The notes under the pieces are model-generated. The model was not told the DNA's origin, did no database searches, and was given only the letters and a program-made list of their open reading frames with translations. Positions 51,405 to 63,187 of a stretch of DNA of 64,000 nucleotides are shown piece by piece. A program made the translations under genes and the position numbers. Every line of letters starts with the position of its first letter. The first letter of the stretch is position 1. This stretch comes from Octopus bimaculoides (taxonomy: Eukaryota), in contig NC_068990.1 in the NCBI RefSeq assembly GCF_001194135.2, positions 17,543,825 through 17,607,824 of the forward strand. Reading direction: 5' to 3'.

Positions 51405-51821
51405 TGCCAGAACTTGACTCACCACATTCTTCAATAAAGTTAGACATCGAAGAAGCTAGTGTATTGCAGAATGAGAAAGAAGTTTCTGCCACCACCACCG
51501 TCCACCAAAGAGCACCAACTCCAGATTCCGAATCCCAAGTAACACTACCTCCAAGCTGTGAAGTTACCCAGGGAAAGCCTTGTGGTCAGCAAGATGTTTC
51601 TCCAGCTCTTACAAGTACTTCAGTCCCTGTTATAGTCAACCCTGAAGCTTCTAGTACACCTGTAAAATCTCCCAAAGTTTGTACAGATGAAAATGCAGAA
51701 AATGCTTCACTTGGTGCATCTGTGGAAGCTTCATGCTCTCCAATAAAACCAGTTTACTTGGAAACCAATCACAGTGAAGATGAGCAAGATGAAGATATGT
51801 TTGAAGATGAAGATGAGAAAG
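51405..51821 (+). CDS. RIF1: RIF1 coding exon 33 (PELDSPHSS...EDEQDEDMFEDEDEK), 417 nt, phase 1 to 1
   Basis: TTTTAATAG acceptor, GTAATT donor 51822; long open S/T/P/E-rich frame that fits the last exon. Confidence 0.82.
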
Positions 51822-51905
51822 GTAATTTGTTGTGATAATTTAGACCCAGATCAGCCCCGAGTAGACTTGTGATCAAAAGCATTTCAGCCATAGCTATTCT
51901 GTCAC

Positions 51906-51950
<45 letters not shown>

Positions 51951-52277
51951 NNNNNNNNNNNNNNNNNNNNNNNNNNNNNNNNNNNNNNNNNNNNNNNNNN
52001 NNNNNNNNNNNNNNNNNNNNNNNNNNNNNNNNNNNNNNNNNNNNNNNNNNNNNNNNNNNNNNNNNNNNNNNNNNNNNNNNNNNNNNNNNNNNNNNNNNNN
52101 NNNNNNNNNNNNNNNNNNNNNNNNNNNNNNNNNNNNNNNNNNNNNNNNNNNNNNNNNNNNNNNNNNNNNNNNNNNNNNNNNNNNNNNNNNNNNNNNNNNN
52201 NNNNNNNNNNNNNNNNNNNNNNNNNNNNNNNNNNNNNATCATACTTTATCTCCTGTCTTTCTCATATCCATTTAATA

Positions 52278-52598
52278 CAGTAGTACCTCAGTTTACGAAT
52301 GCCTCTGATCGTGAATAAATCATGCTTTATATTTTATATATATATATATATCATCATCATCATCATCATCGTTTAACGTCCGCTTTCCATGCTAGCATGG
52401 GTTGGACGATTTGACTGAGGACTGGTGCAACCGGATGGCTACACCAGGCTCTAATCTAATTTGGCAGAGTTTCTACAGCTGGATGCCCTTCCTAACGCCA
52501 ACCACTCAGAGAGTGTAGTGGGTGCTTTTACGTGTCACCCGCACATATATAAAGCACGATTTATTCGCGACCAGAGTTCGAAAACTGAGGTACTACTG
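52278..52598. mobile_element. Tc1/mariner-pogo (Tigger-like) MITE with TA target duplication, interrupted by a SINE
   Basis: TA|CAGTAGTACCTCAGTTT...AAACTGAGGTACTACTG|TA; about 55-bp imperfect TIRs at 52278-52331 and about 52546-52598. Confidence 0.85.
52351..52544 (-). mobile_element. SINE 3' module with (ATG)n tail, inserted into the MITE centre
   Basis: (CAT)n-CGTTTAACGTCCGCTTTCCATGCTAGCATGG...GGATGCCCTTCCTAACGCCAACC; near-identical to 14600-14790 and to 9240-9420 in the opposite orientation. Confidence 0.85.
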
Positions 52599-53223
52599 TA
52601 TATATATTTTTCCCCCATGTAGTCAGTCTCTTTTGCTTTAGAAGACAATTTGCTTTGAGGGTGGTTAGGATGTTGTTGATAAACACTACGTTTCTCACTA
52701 GTAAACACCATCTTCCTACTTTTATTTTCCATTATTAAATTGTTTTTTCCCCTCTATCATTCAATCAAATGTTTGAATTTAGGGCACATGGCTGTGTCAC
52801 CACCTACTGTATAAAGGTATTATTTTCAACAGTACAGTATTACATAGTTTAATAACTAGAGTTAATTATTCAGTGAGATGGAGCATAATATAAGAACTTT
52901 AATATTAAACTGGTGTGCAATGTGGTGACCTGGTAGAATCCTTACTGTGCTGGGCGAAACATTTAGCGATATTTCAACCATCTTTATGTTCTAAGTACAA
53001 ATTCTGTTGCAGTCCACTTTGCTTTCATCCTTGTACCACATTTTCAAACCAGTATGTTTAATAAGGGAATTAAAACTAAATTATTCAGTGAGGAAATATC
53101 ACATTAAATAAAAAAAAAAAGATTATTTTGATTATGAATATTGTTGAAGTGGGACTCCAATCTATAGTTGTTTTTCTATCCAACCACCTAATTGTAACAT
53201 GCATTTATGATTTATTTTCACAG

Positions 53224-53657
53224 ATGTCAGTACTGTTGAGGATGATGTTAACTCTATCTTGGAACATTCCGGTGCTCTGCTTCAAGAAGTCCATAAACTT
53301 TCTTTATCAGTTCAACAACTAGAGAAAACATCCAACTCTTTAAAATTTCTCCGAGATGATTTCACTGCTGATGAACATTGCCAAGGGACAGAGGGTTTCG
53401 ATGTCAGCCACCTTCTGCCATTACAGTCAGACAAAAATAACAGATTACAGCAGTCTAAACTGCTCAGAGACATTTCTGTACAGAAAGATGTAGAACTCTT
53501 ACCAACACTAAAGCTTTTGTTAGAAAGATTCACTTCCAGAGAAATCAGGCAACTAAATTATTCTGAAATCCTCCAAGCCCATTCACTTTTGCAGCATCTT
53601 TTAAAGTCTACTATGGAAGCTGCCATTCCAGATACATGTAATCAACAGAAAGACTGA
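53224..53657 (+). CDS. RIF1: RIF1 last coding exon with CIII (LLPTLKLLLERFTSREIRQLNYSEILQAHSLLQHLLKSTME...), stop TGA
   Basis: TTTTCACAG acceptor; aligns by eye to human LLAQISALALQLDSEDLHNYSGSQLFEMHEKL. Confidence 0.88.
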
Positions 53658-56600
53658 AGTTGATAACAACTTGAAACACTGAAATCTGTTTTACTTACCT
53701 TCCTCCTACCTCCTCGTCTCCTACACTTTCTTTCTCTTTCTATTCAAGCTAAACATTTTTAAAGCTGAGTTTACATCCATGACTATTAGTTTTTTTTTAT
53801 CAATAATGATAATAATACAATCTACATTAAACTTCTAATGTCATTGTGGAAAGGCAGAATGAAACAATTTTCCATTCTTTCTTGGCTCTATTTTTAAAAA
53901 CCAAAAAAAAAACCCTATTACAGTCAGTATTTTATATGAAATTTTAATGTTTGAAATCAGAAAGGTGCTATTTTATATTCTTTAGCCAATGAAGCAAGGC
54001 AGATGGCTTAAAACAAGGAATCATTGCTAAACCAGAATTTTTCATGCTTTGCTTTTTGACCTTCTGATCAGGGTAATATGGGAGTGATAGAATTGTACTC
54101 CTCTTTTTAAATGTACTCCTGGTATTGTACCCAGTCAGAAATCATCATTGTTTAACATTCAGCTTCCATGCTAGCATCGGTTGGATGGTTTGACAGGAGC
54201 TGACCAGGTAGAAGACTACCCCAGGCTACTGTGTCTGTTTTAGCAGGGGTTTTTTTTGTTATGGCTGGATGCCCTTCCTAACCCTAACCACTCTGCAGAG
54301 TGAACTGGATGCTTTTTATGTGGCACCTGCACTGGCAGGGTCACCCAATAACTTGCAAGACAAGGAATTTTGAGAGAAGAGGATCTTGTATCAGATAATG
54401 AAAGGTTAGTGTGACAGAGGCAGAAACAGATGTCTTGCTATAGATGATATATATATATATATATAATCATTGTTTGACTTTCATTTCCCATGCTGGCATA
54501 GCTGTTCAGACTCCAATTGTCTATTTTGATATGGTTTCTACAGCTAGATGCTTTTTACTTGCCACTGGTACAGGTGTGTTTACTGGCCCAAGTGCATTTT
54601 ATGTGACGCTAGCAATAGAATACTGAATGTAAATAAATACAGATTAATGTATACAGAGAAGTGATAAAAACTCAACAATATATTGTAGATTGAGTCAAGA
54701 AATTTATGTTTCTACTTACTAGCTGTTGGGTTAATAGTACAAATAATAGTCTTTGAGTAACCTCCTCCAAGACCATTCTGGAGTAATCTTGTCAACTTGA
54801 AATCTCTTAATATACTGGTGACTGATGCTATCAACATAAAAATAATGACCTGGCTGTGTGATTAAGAAGTTTGTTTTACAACGATGTGCTTTTGGTTTCA
54901 ATTCTACTAAAACCTCAGGCCAACCAAAATCTTGTGTATTTTGTAGTTGGAGAAAGAAGCCCATAATGTGTGTGTGTTTTAGAGTCTCCTTGTCTTGACA
55001 TTGCATGATAATTGTAAACGAGCATCACTGGTGTAAGTGGTGTTATTTGTTTCCAATCTTGTGTAAAAAAATTAAAAAACTGACCATGGGGAAATATCTT
55101 GAAACAGCTGCAAGTTGGCGACAGGAAGAGCATCCAGCTGTAGAAAAAAAACTGCCCTGATGAATTCCGATTCCTGCAAGCATGGAAAAGTAAACATTAA
55201 ACTGATGGGTTGATTCCATTTTCATTCATTTTGTGAGTAGTAGTGTATAAGGGTGTGCTGAAAAGGCTAACAATGAAGGAGTGATGCTAAAGCTGTATAA
55301 CGAGACTGACAATAATTTTTCTATTGTCCTTGTGAGCTTTCGCTGACATACTTGTTACTATAAATTTACTCAATTAAGAAAATTAATTAAATTAGATATC
55401 ACAGACCTAAAGAATTAGTAAATAATTCTTTAAAGTGTGCACTGCACCATCACCTCTTATATCTAACCATTAAAATGTTAAGTGCCACGATTTATACCTT
55501 TTTGTCTGTTTGATTGAGTGTTTCAGAAAGTACAGTACTAAAGCTAGAAAACTCAAATAGTATACATGGGTAGAATCATTTCATTTGAATTGTGTACATA
55601 CTACTCTCTCCCTAATGTATACATTTAGCTTGTAGTTATCCAACAAAGTAAGAGACAAATCGGGTTTGAGTATTGTGGAGAACCCCACTGCAGAAGGAGA
55701 AGTGTTATGGTTTTTAGTTTCTGTAATAAGTACTGGGTGTGTATTACCATTGATTCAGGGGCCTTGCTCTTGCAGTGACAAAAACTTTGGTGAATAATGT
55801 TTAAGGAAACTGAGTCGGCAGAAATAATACCACACTAAATTCCCCATATTTTATGCCGAAAAAGGTGACAGACATAGCCGTGATTGAGAAGTTTGCTTCC
55901 CAAACAATGATTTCTCTCTGTCTCAGCGTGTGACACATTTGGCAAGTGTCTTCTTCTATAAGTCCTGGTCCAACAATGTCGTGAGGGTGGATTCGGTAGA
56001 CAGAAACTGAAAAATCATTATATAAATATTTGTCTGGTAAACAAGTGTCACTGTCATACAAGCAATGTCAGCCATTCTCTATATTCTGTAAAAGTGTGTC
56101 TGGCCATGGAGAAGTAATACCCTTGCTTGGAAACAGATGACAGTTGGTAATAAGAACATTTGAAACAATAATGGTGAAGAGTTATGTACATAGAGCTGAA
56201 ATGTTAATGGATGAGATAAATTTTTCAGTTCTTTTCTGGTTATATTTCTAATGACTGCCTGTTTGTTTCAATTAATTGTGAAAATGGTTAGTTTGAAGAG
56301 ATTTAATATCAAAGTAACCAACTTTTTGTATATATTAGTATCTCTTAAGAATGTGGGTTTGAAATAGAACTTAAGGTCCTTACGTGATGTGAGGATGGGT
56401 GGTGTTATAGGTGCAGGGATGGTTGGGAGTGGTTAGGAAGCTTGCTTCCCAATCACAGGTTCATTCTCACTGGCATCTTGAGAAGCTGTCTTCTATAACC
56501 CTGGGTCGACCAAAGCTTTTTGAGTGGCTTTGGTAGTTAGAAATTGAAAGAAGCCAGTTTATAGATATGTGTAATTCTGGGTGGGTTTTGAAATGTGTTT

Positions 56601-59600
56601 TTGTCTCCTTGTCCCAACAGCACTCAATGGTTACTCAGGAGTGTCACTGTTGTACTAGCAGAACCATTTGTTTCCAATATTACCTTGTTTGGAGACATAA
56701 AAGGTATCTGCCTTGACAAAATCCAAGCATGGAAAAGTAGACAATATGATGATGATGATTGTGATTGAACACCTTTAAAATAGGTATTTTTTAAGAAAAG
56801 AACCAGAAGCTATTTCAATCAAGTTGGTCCATCAAAAGAGTTTAGTTTTATCACACAACTTAGTGAAATACTGTTTCATGATTTTGCATTGAAATGCCAT
56901 GGCATAGTGGCAGGTGTGTGTGTGTTGATAAAAATATTAACATAATAGGAAATGTTTTCACACAAACCTGTAGCTTTGTAATTAATGTTAGAAACCAATG
57001 TGATCAAAACTTAAATTTTATTTTTTTAATCTTAGTTCAAACAATCAAGTTTATTATTTGCCATGTATGTGCCCATTTATTAATTACTACTATCTTTGTT
57101 TTTTTGTTTTTTGTTTTTTGTAAGTCTCAGCTTCGCAGTTAAACTTGTTTCTGGCAATATTATAAATTGTTTCTTTTAGACCAACAGACATGTTTGAGCC
57201 AGTGTTCCTAATCTGGCAGTAATTGTAAACTGCATGCTTTTATTAACAGAAGAATGAAGCGAGACGGCATTGATTATCTCCTCCTCCATCTTCTTTTGCT
57301 GTATATATATTATATATATCTATAAATCATGTATACTCTGTTTTATAAGGTGGTGTGATGAAGTCAAAAGGAAATTTAAATGTATTTTTAATATTTCCTT
57401 ATATTTAAAGAAATGACAAAATATCACCTTTTCTTTTTAAATTTTTTTTATATGTATTATTGATTTAAGGCTGCTGATATTAAGAAAAAAATTAAATTCT
57501 GACCACAAATTTGACATCTGTTTTGTGTTATCTTTTACACTTGTTTGACTAAACTCTTCAAGTAGTGCACCAACATGGTTGAAACAAGAGACAATTGACC
57601 GCAGTACTTATCTTTTAAGTCTGGCACTTATTCTGTCAGATACTGGTAAGTTGTTAGAAAGTAAACAAACCAACACTGGTTATCAAACGGGGAAGTGGAG
57701 ACAAGTGCAAAGACATATTTCTGTGTCTGTAAACATATACATATGCACACACACACACACGATGGGGTTCCACACAGTTTCTGTGCATCAAATGCAGCAA
57801 CAAGGACAGAACTATCATAGAAGCCACTGGCCCAAATTGCTGCGCTGTGGGACTCTGCCTTTAACCATACGACCTACCTTTTTTTTTCTCTCTACCTCAA
57901 AATTCCATACAGCTAAGATGGTGAATGTCTCATTGATGTCTTATCAACTTTAACATTTAAACAACCAAAGAAGTGCATGTTTTCCTGGCCTGAGCCCATT
58001 TTTCTGGAAGTGATAGATTATTTTTGTTGAACAGACATATATGATGAGAATTTGAGCAATATGTACAACCTCATCCAATGTGTCTTGTTTTATATAATAC
58101 ATTAAAAGTGTAATTTTAGGGAGATTTACATAGAAAAACAGTTATGAACACTAGGCTAAAAGAAAAGGTTTGACTGGGAGACAGCAGGATAGAGATGGTG
58201 ACAAAATGCAAGGCATATTCACAAGGAATGGAAATCAGAATATAAATGGGATGGCTGAGTAAAGGAAGAGAGATATAGATGGTGGCAAGTGTCACTCTCT
58301 CTCTTCCTACACTTCCCTCAGGTTGGGTAACCATGTACTCCCTTTGCGGTAGCGCACTTGTTTCTGTCTTCGTTCCAGATTTCTCTCTCTCCGGCCAGGT
58401 AATCTTGTACTACTTCTACAGCAAGACACCTGTTTCTGTCTCACTATAACCTTTCATCAGCTGACAAGATCACCTCCTCCAATGCTCACTCCCCTCTTGA
58501 AAGTTTTTTTTTTTTTTTTTTGTCTTGGTGACCCTGTCAGTGCAGGTGCCACTTAAAAGCCCCCAGCCCCCACTGTAAAGTGATTGGCATCCAGCTGTAA
58601 AATCCTTGCCAAAACTGACCGAGCTTGTGCCATATAAAAAGCACAAAGTCCACTCTTCTGAGTGGTCAGTGTTAGGAAGGGCATCCAGCTGTAAAAATCC
58701 TGCCAAAATAGTCACAGAAGTCTGGTGCAGGCTTTGGCCTGGCCAGTCCTTGTGAAACCGTCTCACCCATGCTAGCATGGAAGGCAGACGTTAAACAATG
58801 ATGATGTATAAAAAGAATTAAAATTTATGTGCAATAAATTGGTTATACTTTTACAATACCGAAAATGTTTTAACAAATTCTTATATGGACGTCGGTTGAG
58901 AGCCACTGATTTATGGGATATTGATAAAACATCAAGGTCAATGCAAATAATCAGATATCTAGTCATAGCAATTATCATTACATGGTTATGTGGCTGCTAC
59001 ATCCAAAGCATTAAAGATTAATGTGACACTGGTTAAGCATTAGTCTCAGTGTGTGGCAACTTGGACAAGTGTCTTCTGCTCTAGCCCCCAGGCTGACCAA
59101 AGCTTTGTGAGATTTGGTTGAAAGAAACCCGTCATTTACACACCTATTTCAAATGTAATACAATATATATTTAATAAATAAATATGAGAATTCACTATGA
59201 ACAGTGAATCCCAATTTAAAAAGATGTCAAAATGACAAAAATAGTAAATAGTGATCTATGAGACTACATTGTATTTTTATATTTCTCTGCATTAAGTTAA
59301 AAGCTGCAAAAAGAAGTTAACTAGAATTATGTGGTTGAAGAATGTGGAAAATATCAGTCATTGAATTATTCATTTTTTTCTGCATGTAAGGGAGACAATT
59401 CTAGGCATGTTTTGGTCTTTATGATCTTGTCAGTGAAGTATAACCTTCAACGTATTAATGCACAACAAAGTCGTGATAGAAAAGGAAAAAAAAAAATAAT
59501 AAAATAAAATAAAAGTACAATATTATACATTGGCTGGCGTAGGAAAATAGAATTGTTCAGAGACATCATCCACACTGCAAAACAATAAGTAACATATTTC

Positions 59601-61269
59601 ATGCAGACCGCATTAAAAATCAACTAGAAATGCCGCAAGGAGAAAAACCCCATTAATCAATGACGCTTTAGTGTTTAGCTTCATCACTATGTTACAAACA
59701 CAAATTCCACCATGATCTATTGATTTTTTTTTTACGTTCTTAAGTGGATCTATAAAATACATACATGACATCTACTTATGTCGATTTAATCGACTATGTC
59801 CTTACCTGACAAATATGTAGCTTTGTGTCAATGAAAAATAAAAAGATTACAATCATTCGACTTTTACGACAGCAGTGGTTGAGCTGGTTTAGGCATACGT
59901 CTGCTGCAATAGTCTACTTCACACAATGGAGAAATTTCATCTTTCATGCTGGTGCTATTTAGTTTAAATAAACATCAATTGAGCAGATTTATAATCAAAA
60001 GCCTTCCAGCCATGATTATCCTGTCTTTCTATGAAGATCTAAATTATGTAATGTCTTTTGCTCATTTAATATGGTAAGGTAATTTAAGGTAGCAAAAATA
60101 CTCATAACCCTGACCCTAAAACCAGTACAAACGCACGAACGATCAGTACCGCCGATAGTTGTTGTTGACAAGCATCGGCAGTAATTTTATTCAAGGGAAA
60201 ATATCCCATTACACCGCCACAACGTGTTGTTGACAAACCACAGCAGTAATTGTTTTCACTTCAATAGACGTCAGTGATTGGTTGAAATTACCGAAATACG
60301 ACAACTTTTAACATGAAATAACTTCGAATATAAAAATTTTTCTCTGTTCTATAAGACAAAATATACAAGTATACGAAGTTTTAAAGTGTTTCGGTAGAAA
60401 ATACACTAGATAAAAAATGGTGTCCGCTAAATCAGAAAGATCCAAATTTTTTTTCTCGNNNNNNNNNNNNNNNNNNNNNNNNNNNNNNNNNNNNNNNNNN
60501 NNNNNNNNNNNNNNNNNNNNNNNNNNNNNNNNNNNNNNNNNNNNNNNNNNNNNNNNNNNNNNNNNNNNNNNNNNNNNNNNNNNNNNNNNNNNNNNNNNNN
60601 NNNNNNNNNNNNNNNNNNNNNNNNNNNNNNNNNNNNNNNNNNNNNNNNNNNNNNNNNNNNNNNNNNNNNNNNNNNNNNNNNNNNNNNNNNNNNNNNNNNN
60701 NNNNNNNNNNNNNNNNNNNNNNNNNNNNNNNNNNNNNNNNNNNNNNNNNNNNNNNNNNNNNNNNNNNNNNNNNNNNNNNNNNNNNNNNNNNNNNNNNNNN
60801 NNNNNNNNNNNNNNNNNNNNNNNNNNNNNNNNNNNNNNNNNNNNNNNNNNNNNNNNNNNNNNNNNNNNNNNNNNNNNNNNNNNNNNNNNNNNNNNNNNNN
60901 NNNNNNNNNNNNNNNNNNNNNNNNNNNNNNNNNNNNNNNNNNNNNTTTACACCTATTACACTTTCTATTTTCATTTTTGTGACCGGGTGTTAACGTTGAG
61001 TTTTCAGATCCTGTAAAAAAAAAAAGGGTGGGTTTTTTTGTGGGGGTGGGAGCGAAAGTCTTGCCACGTGTAGTAAACGAATATCAAGAAAAAAAAAAAA
61101 AATTCACCGACGGACGGGGAAGTGGTGAGAGGACTTGGAACACTCCCGATGTGAATTTTCCGAGTCGTCTTCCCCACTCCCGTTCGCCAGCGCGCATGTT
61201 CTTTTTTTCTTATCCGTTTACATGTTGTTTTACACCTATTACACTATTTTTTTTTTGCTCGGGTTAAAC

Positions 61270-61960
61270 ATTGGAGGTTAACCATTCTCTCATGCATTTT
61301 TGCAAACGATAAACGTAATCTGCTGGATCGAAATTTCGGTTAAGTACAGTTGTATTTGTGACCATTTGTCTAGGTAGAATAAGAGGGGCGCCATAAAGTA
61401 ATTCCGCTTGTGAAAAAAACCTAAGTCTTCCTTCACAACTGATCGAAGACCCAATAAAACAATTGGTGATTCGGAACAAGCGTGTAGAGATGCTTTCAAT
61501 TGACAGCAAAAACCATCATCCCGTTAGACCTAGGGTGGTATGCAGTGGTACGTATTCGCTGCGAACCCAGCAAGTTTGAAAGTGCAGCAGATTCGATTCA
61601 AATTGTCGACCTCCATCAGTAGTTATGATGAGGGTAGCTCCAAAACGCAAAATCCACCCGGCTATAAGGGCCTTTGCAATAGTAAGAGGTAAAATGTCCT
61701 GTCCGGCTATCCTTGATAGGTATAGTTTCAAACCATCTAGAAAAACGATCTTGAGCTGGTAGCAAAGGATCCACAATATCAATGTGAATGTGTCCGGAGT
61801 AGCAAAAGTACCCGAAGGTGCCTTTAGCTGTCTGGCACGATGTGCAAGTGCGGGCCCAATTTCGAAAATCTTTTTGCATACTGCGCCTAACAAAACGATT
61901 TGAAATTAATTTCGTTGTTGCCGTAATACCAGGATGAGATAAATTATGAAGAACCGAAAA
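61270..61960 (-). mobile_element. Gypsy/Ty3 integrase remnant (frameshifted)
   Basis: LHNLSHPGITATTKLISNRF...WARTCTSCQ (HHCC), HIHIDIVDPL, DRFSRWFETIPIKD, WILRFGA...ITTDGGRQFES, PIVLLGLRSVVKEDL, AELLYGAPL spread over three frames. Confidence 0.92.
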
Positions 61961-62580
61961 AAGAAAAAAACCCGTTCGTCTGACTCTTATGAAAATAAGG
62001 TCTGGAAAAACCGGTAGAAACATCACACCAAATAGAAGAATTTGTAGAGTGTAGTGGTAGTAGGCGGAAGTCTAAAGAAAGTGAGTACAGGTGTACATAA
62101 ACTAAGATATGTAGCTTGTAATACTTGACCAAGTAGTGTATGTTGAACAAAATGAGAGAAAATGCTGTACGCGATTAAGCCATAAAAACTTGTCTATATT
62201 CAACGCGACCATGACGAGATCTTGTAGATGAAGTTGCTGGCCGGACACAAGGCGAAAAAGCATGGAGAAATGTCTTTTCTGGGTGCAGGAGAGATATAGA
62301 AAGATACATACTGGTCATTTGTAAGTGGTGAGGAAAAAAGTTCGCTCGGTAAACGATGTGCAAAATTGAACGTCAACAATGGTCTTGCGTCATCTTGCGG
62401 TGGTGGAAACAGTGGTAATGGATATATGCTGTGTTGAAGAAACTGTTCATGCGCTGGTTGGTAGTTTGATGCAGAGTAGAGGGTTCAATAATTTTAAACG
62501 GCCAAACGGCAAAATGAATTTCCAAGGTTTAGCAGGACCACGGTGAGTGGCGATGCGTCTGGAAACATATCGAGATGGTA

Positions 62581-62740
62581 CTGTCTGGAGGTAATGTTGT
62601 TAGCCGCAAAATTAGCTTCTGGTTGAGAAAACCAAATGGCCGGGTCTCCTGTGAATGGTGGGGAAGCAGAAGATAAAGCTGGTTGCAATGGTAGAACATT
62701 GGACACGCCTGAAGAAACGTAAAGAACCGAAGATACCATA
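62581..62740 (-). mobile_element. Gypsy gag N-terminal remnant
   Basis: PPFTGDPAIWFSQPEANFAANNITSRQ matches the LPPFWxxDPxxWFxQxEAxFxxxxIT gag motif. Confidence 0.8.
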
Positions 62741-63173
62741 CTGCATTGGATAACATAAAAATAAATTTCAAAGAAAGAGCAAACTGGTGAGTACTCAACG
62801 TGAAATGTTCTGTGAAAGCAAAGTGAAATGGCGCTGTCCTTTGAAAGCAAAATGGATTGACGCTGTTATGGTAAAGTAGTCGAGGGGAGACGATAAAACT
62901 TGAACATCGGAACTTCTCGCAATCCATGATTGAAAGTATAAACTCTGCTATCAACGTTCTATATTTGGATTTTTCAATGGAAAAAATTTGATATGCAATG
63001 TGTAACCAACTTCCAAACGACTGAGCCTCTATATCCAAGATTTCCACAAAGCCCGTTGTTTAAAAATGTACAAGATTTTCGCTGTCCTCGGGATTGTAGA
63101 ATCAAGTAAAATGACAGCTGGTTAAGATACTGCATCAGACATATCAGAAGAAAAGTTTTATCAGACAGTTCTG

Positions 63174-63187
63174 GTTGGGGGTCACCA
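63174..63187 (-). promoter_or_regulatory. Candidate tRNA-Trp primer-binding site of the Gypsy relic
   Basis: Minus strand TGGTGACCCCCAAC versus canonical TGGTGACCCCGAC; lies upstream of gag in the right orientation. Confidence 0.6.

Larger units (their letters stand above)
8596..53657 (+). other. RIF1: RIF1 gene, coding span (at least 34 coding exons; about 2,500 aa visible)
   Basis: Exons joined by hand give one frame-consistent ORF. Motifs match human RIF1 as recalled: KLEVWWY, GTPALFL, NEINQGDALEHNF, RILTQHQKEVLKERKYCLPAMYNSLDQSQD, GILKK...RRVSFADPI, LILPQLTSSMWFRGLSQLLKARKLHTVGDLASLSEYDIHNLPVRSPKVPHVKK. Confidence 0.97.

Noticed and set aside
53826-53831. ATTAAA as the RIF1 polyadenylation signal
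   Set aside because: Plausible, but such hexamers are frequent in AT-rich DNA; cannot be supported without 3' end data.
9400-58810. Many TGATGA motifs as C/D snoRNA boxes
   Set aside because: They are the (ATG)n tails of SINEs; no terminal stems or rRNA guide sequences recognised.
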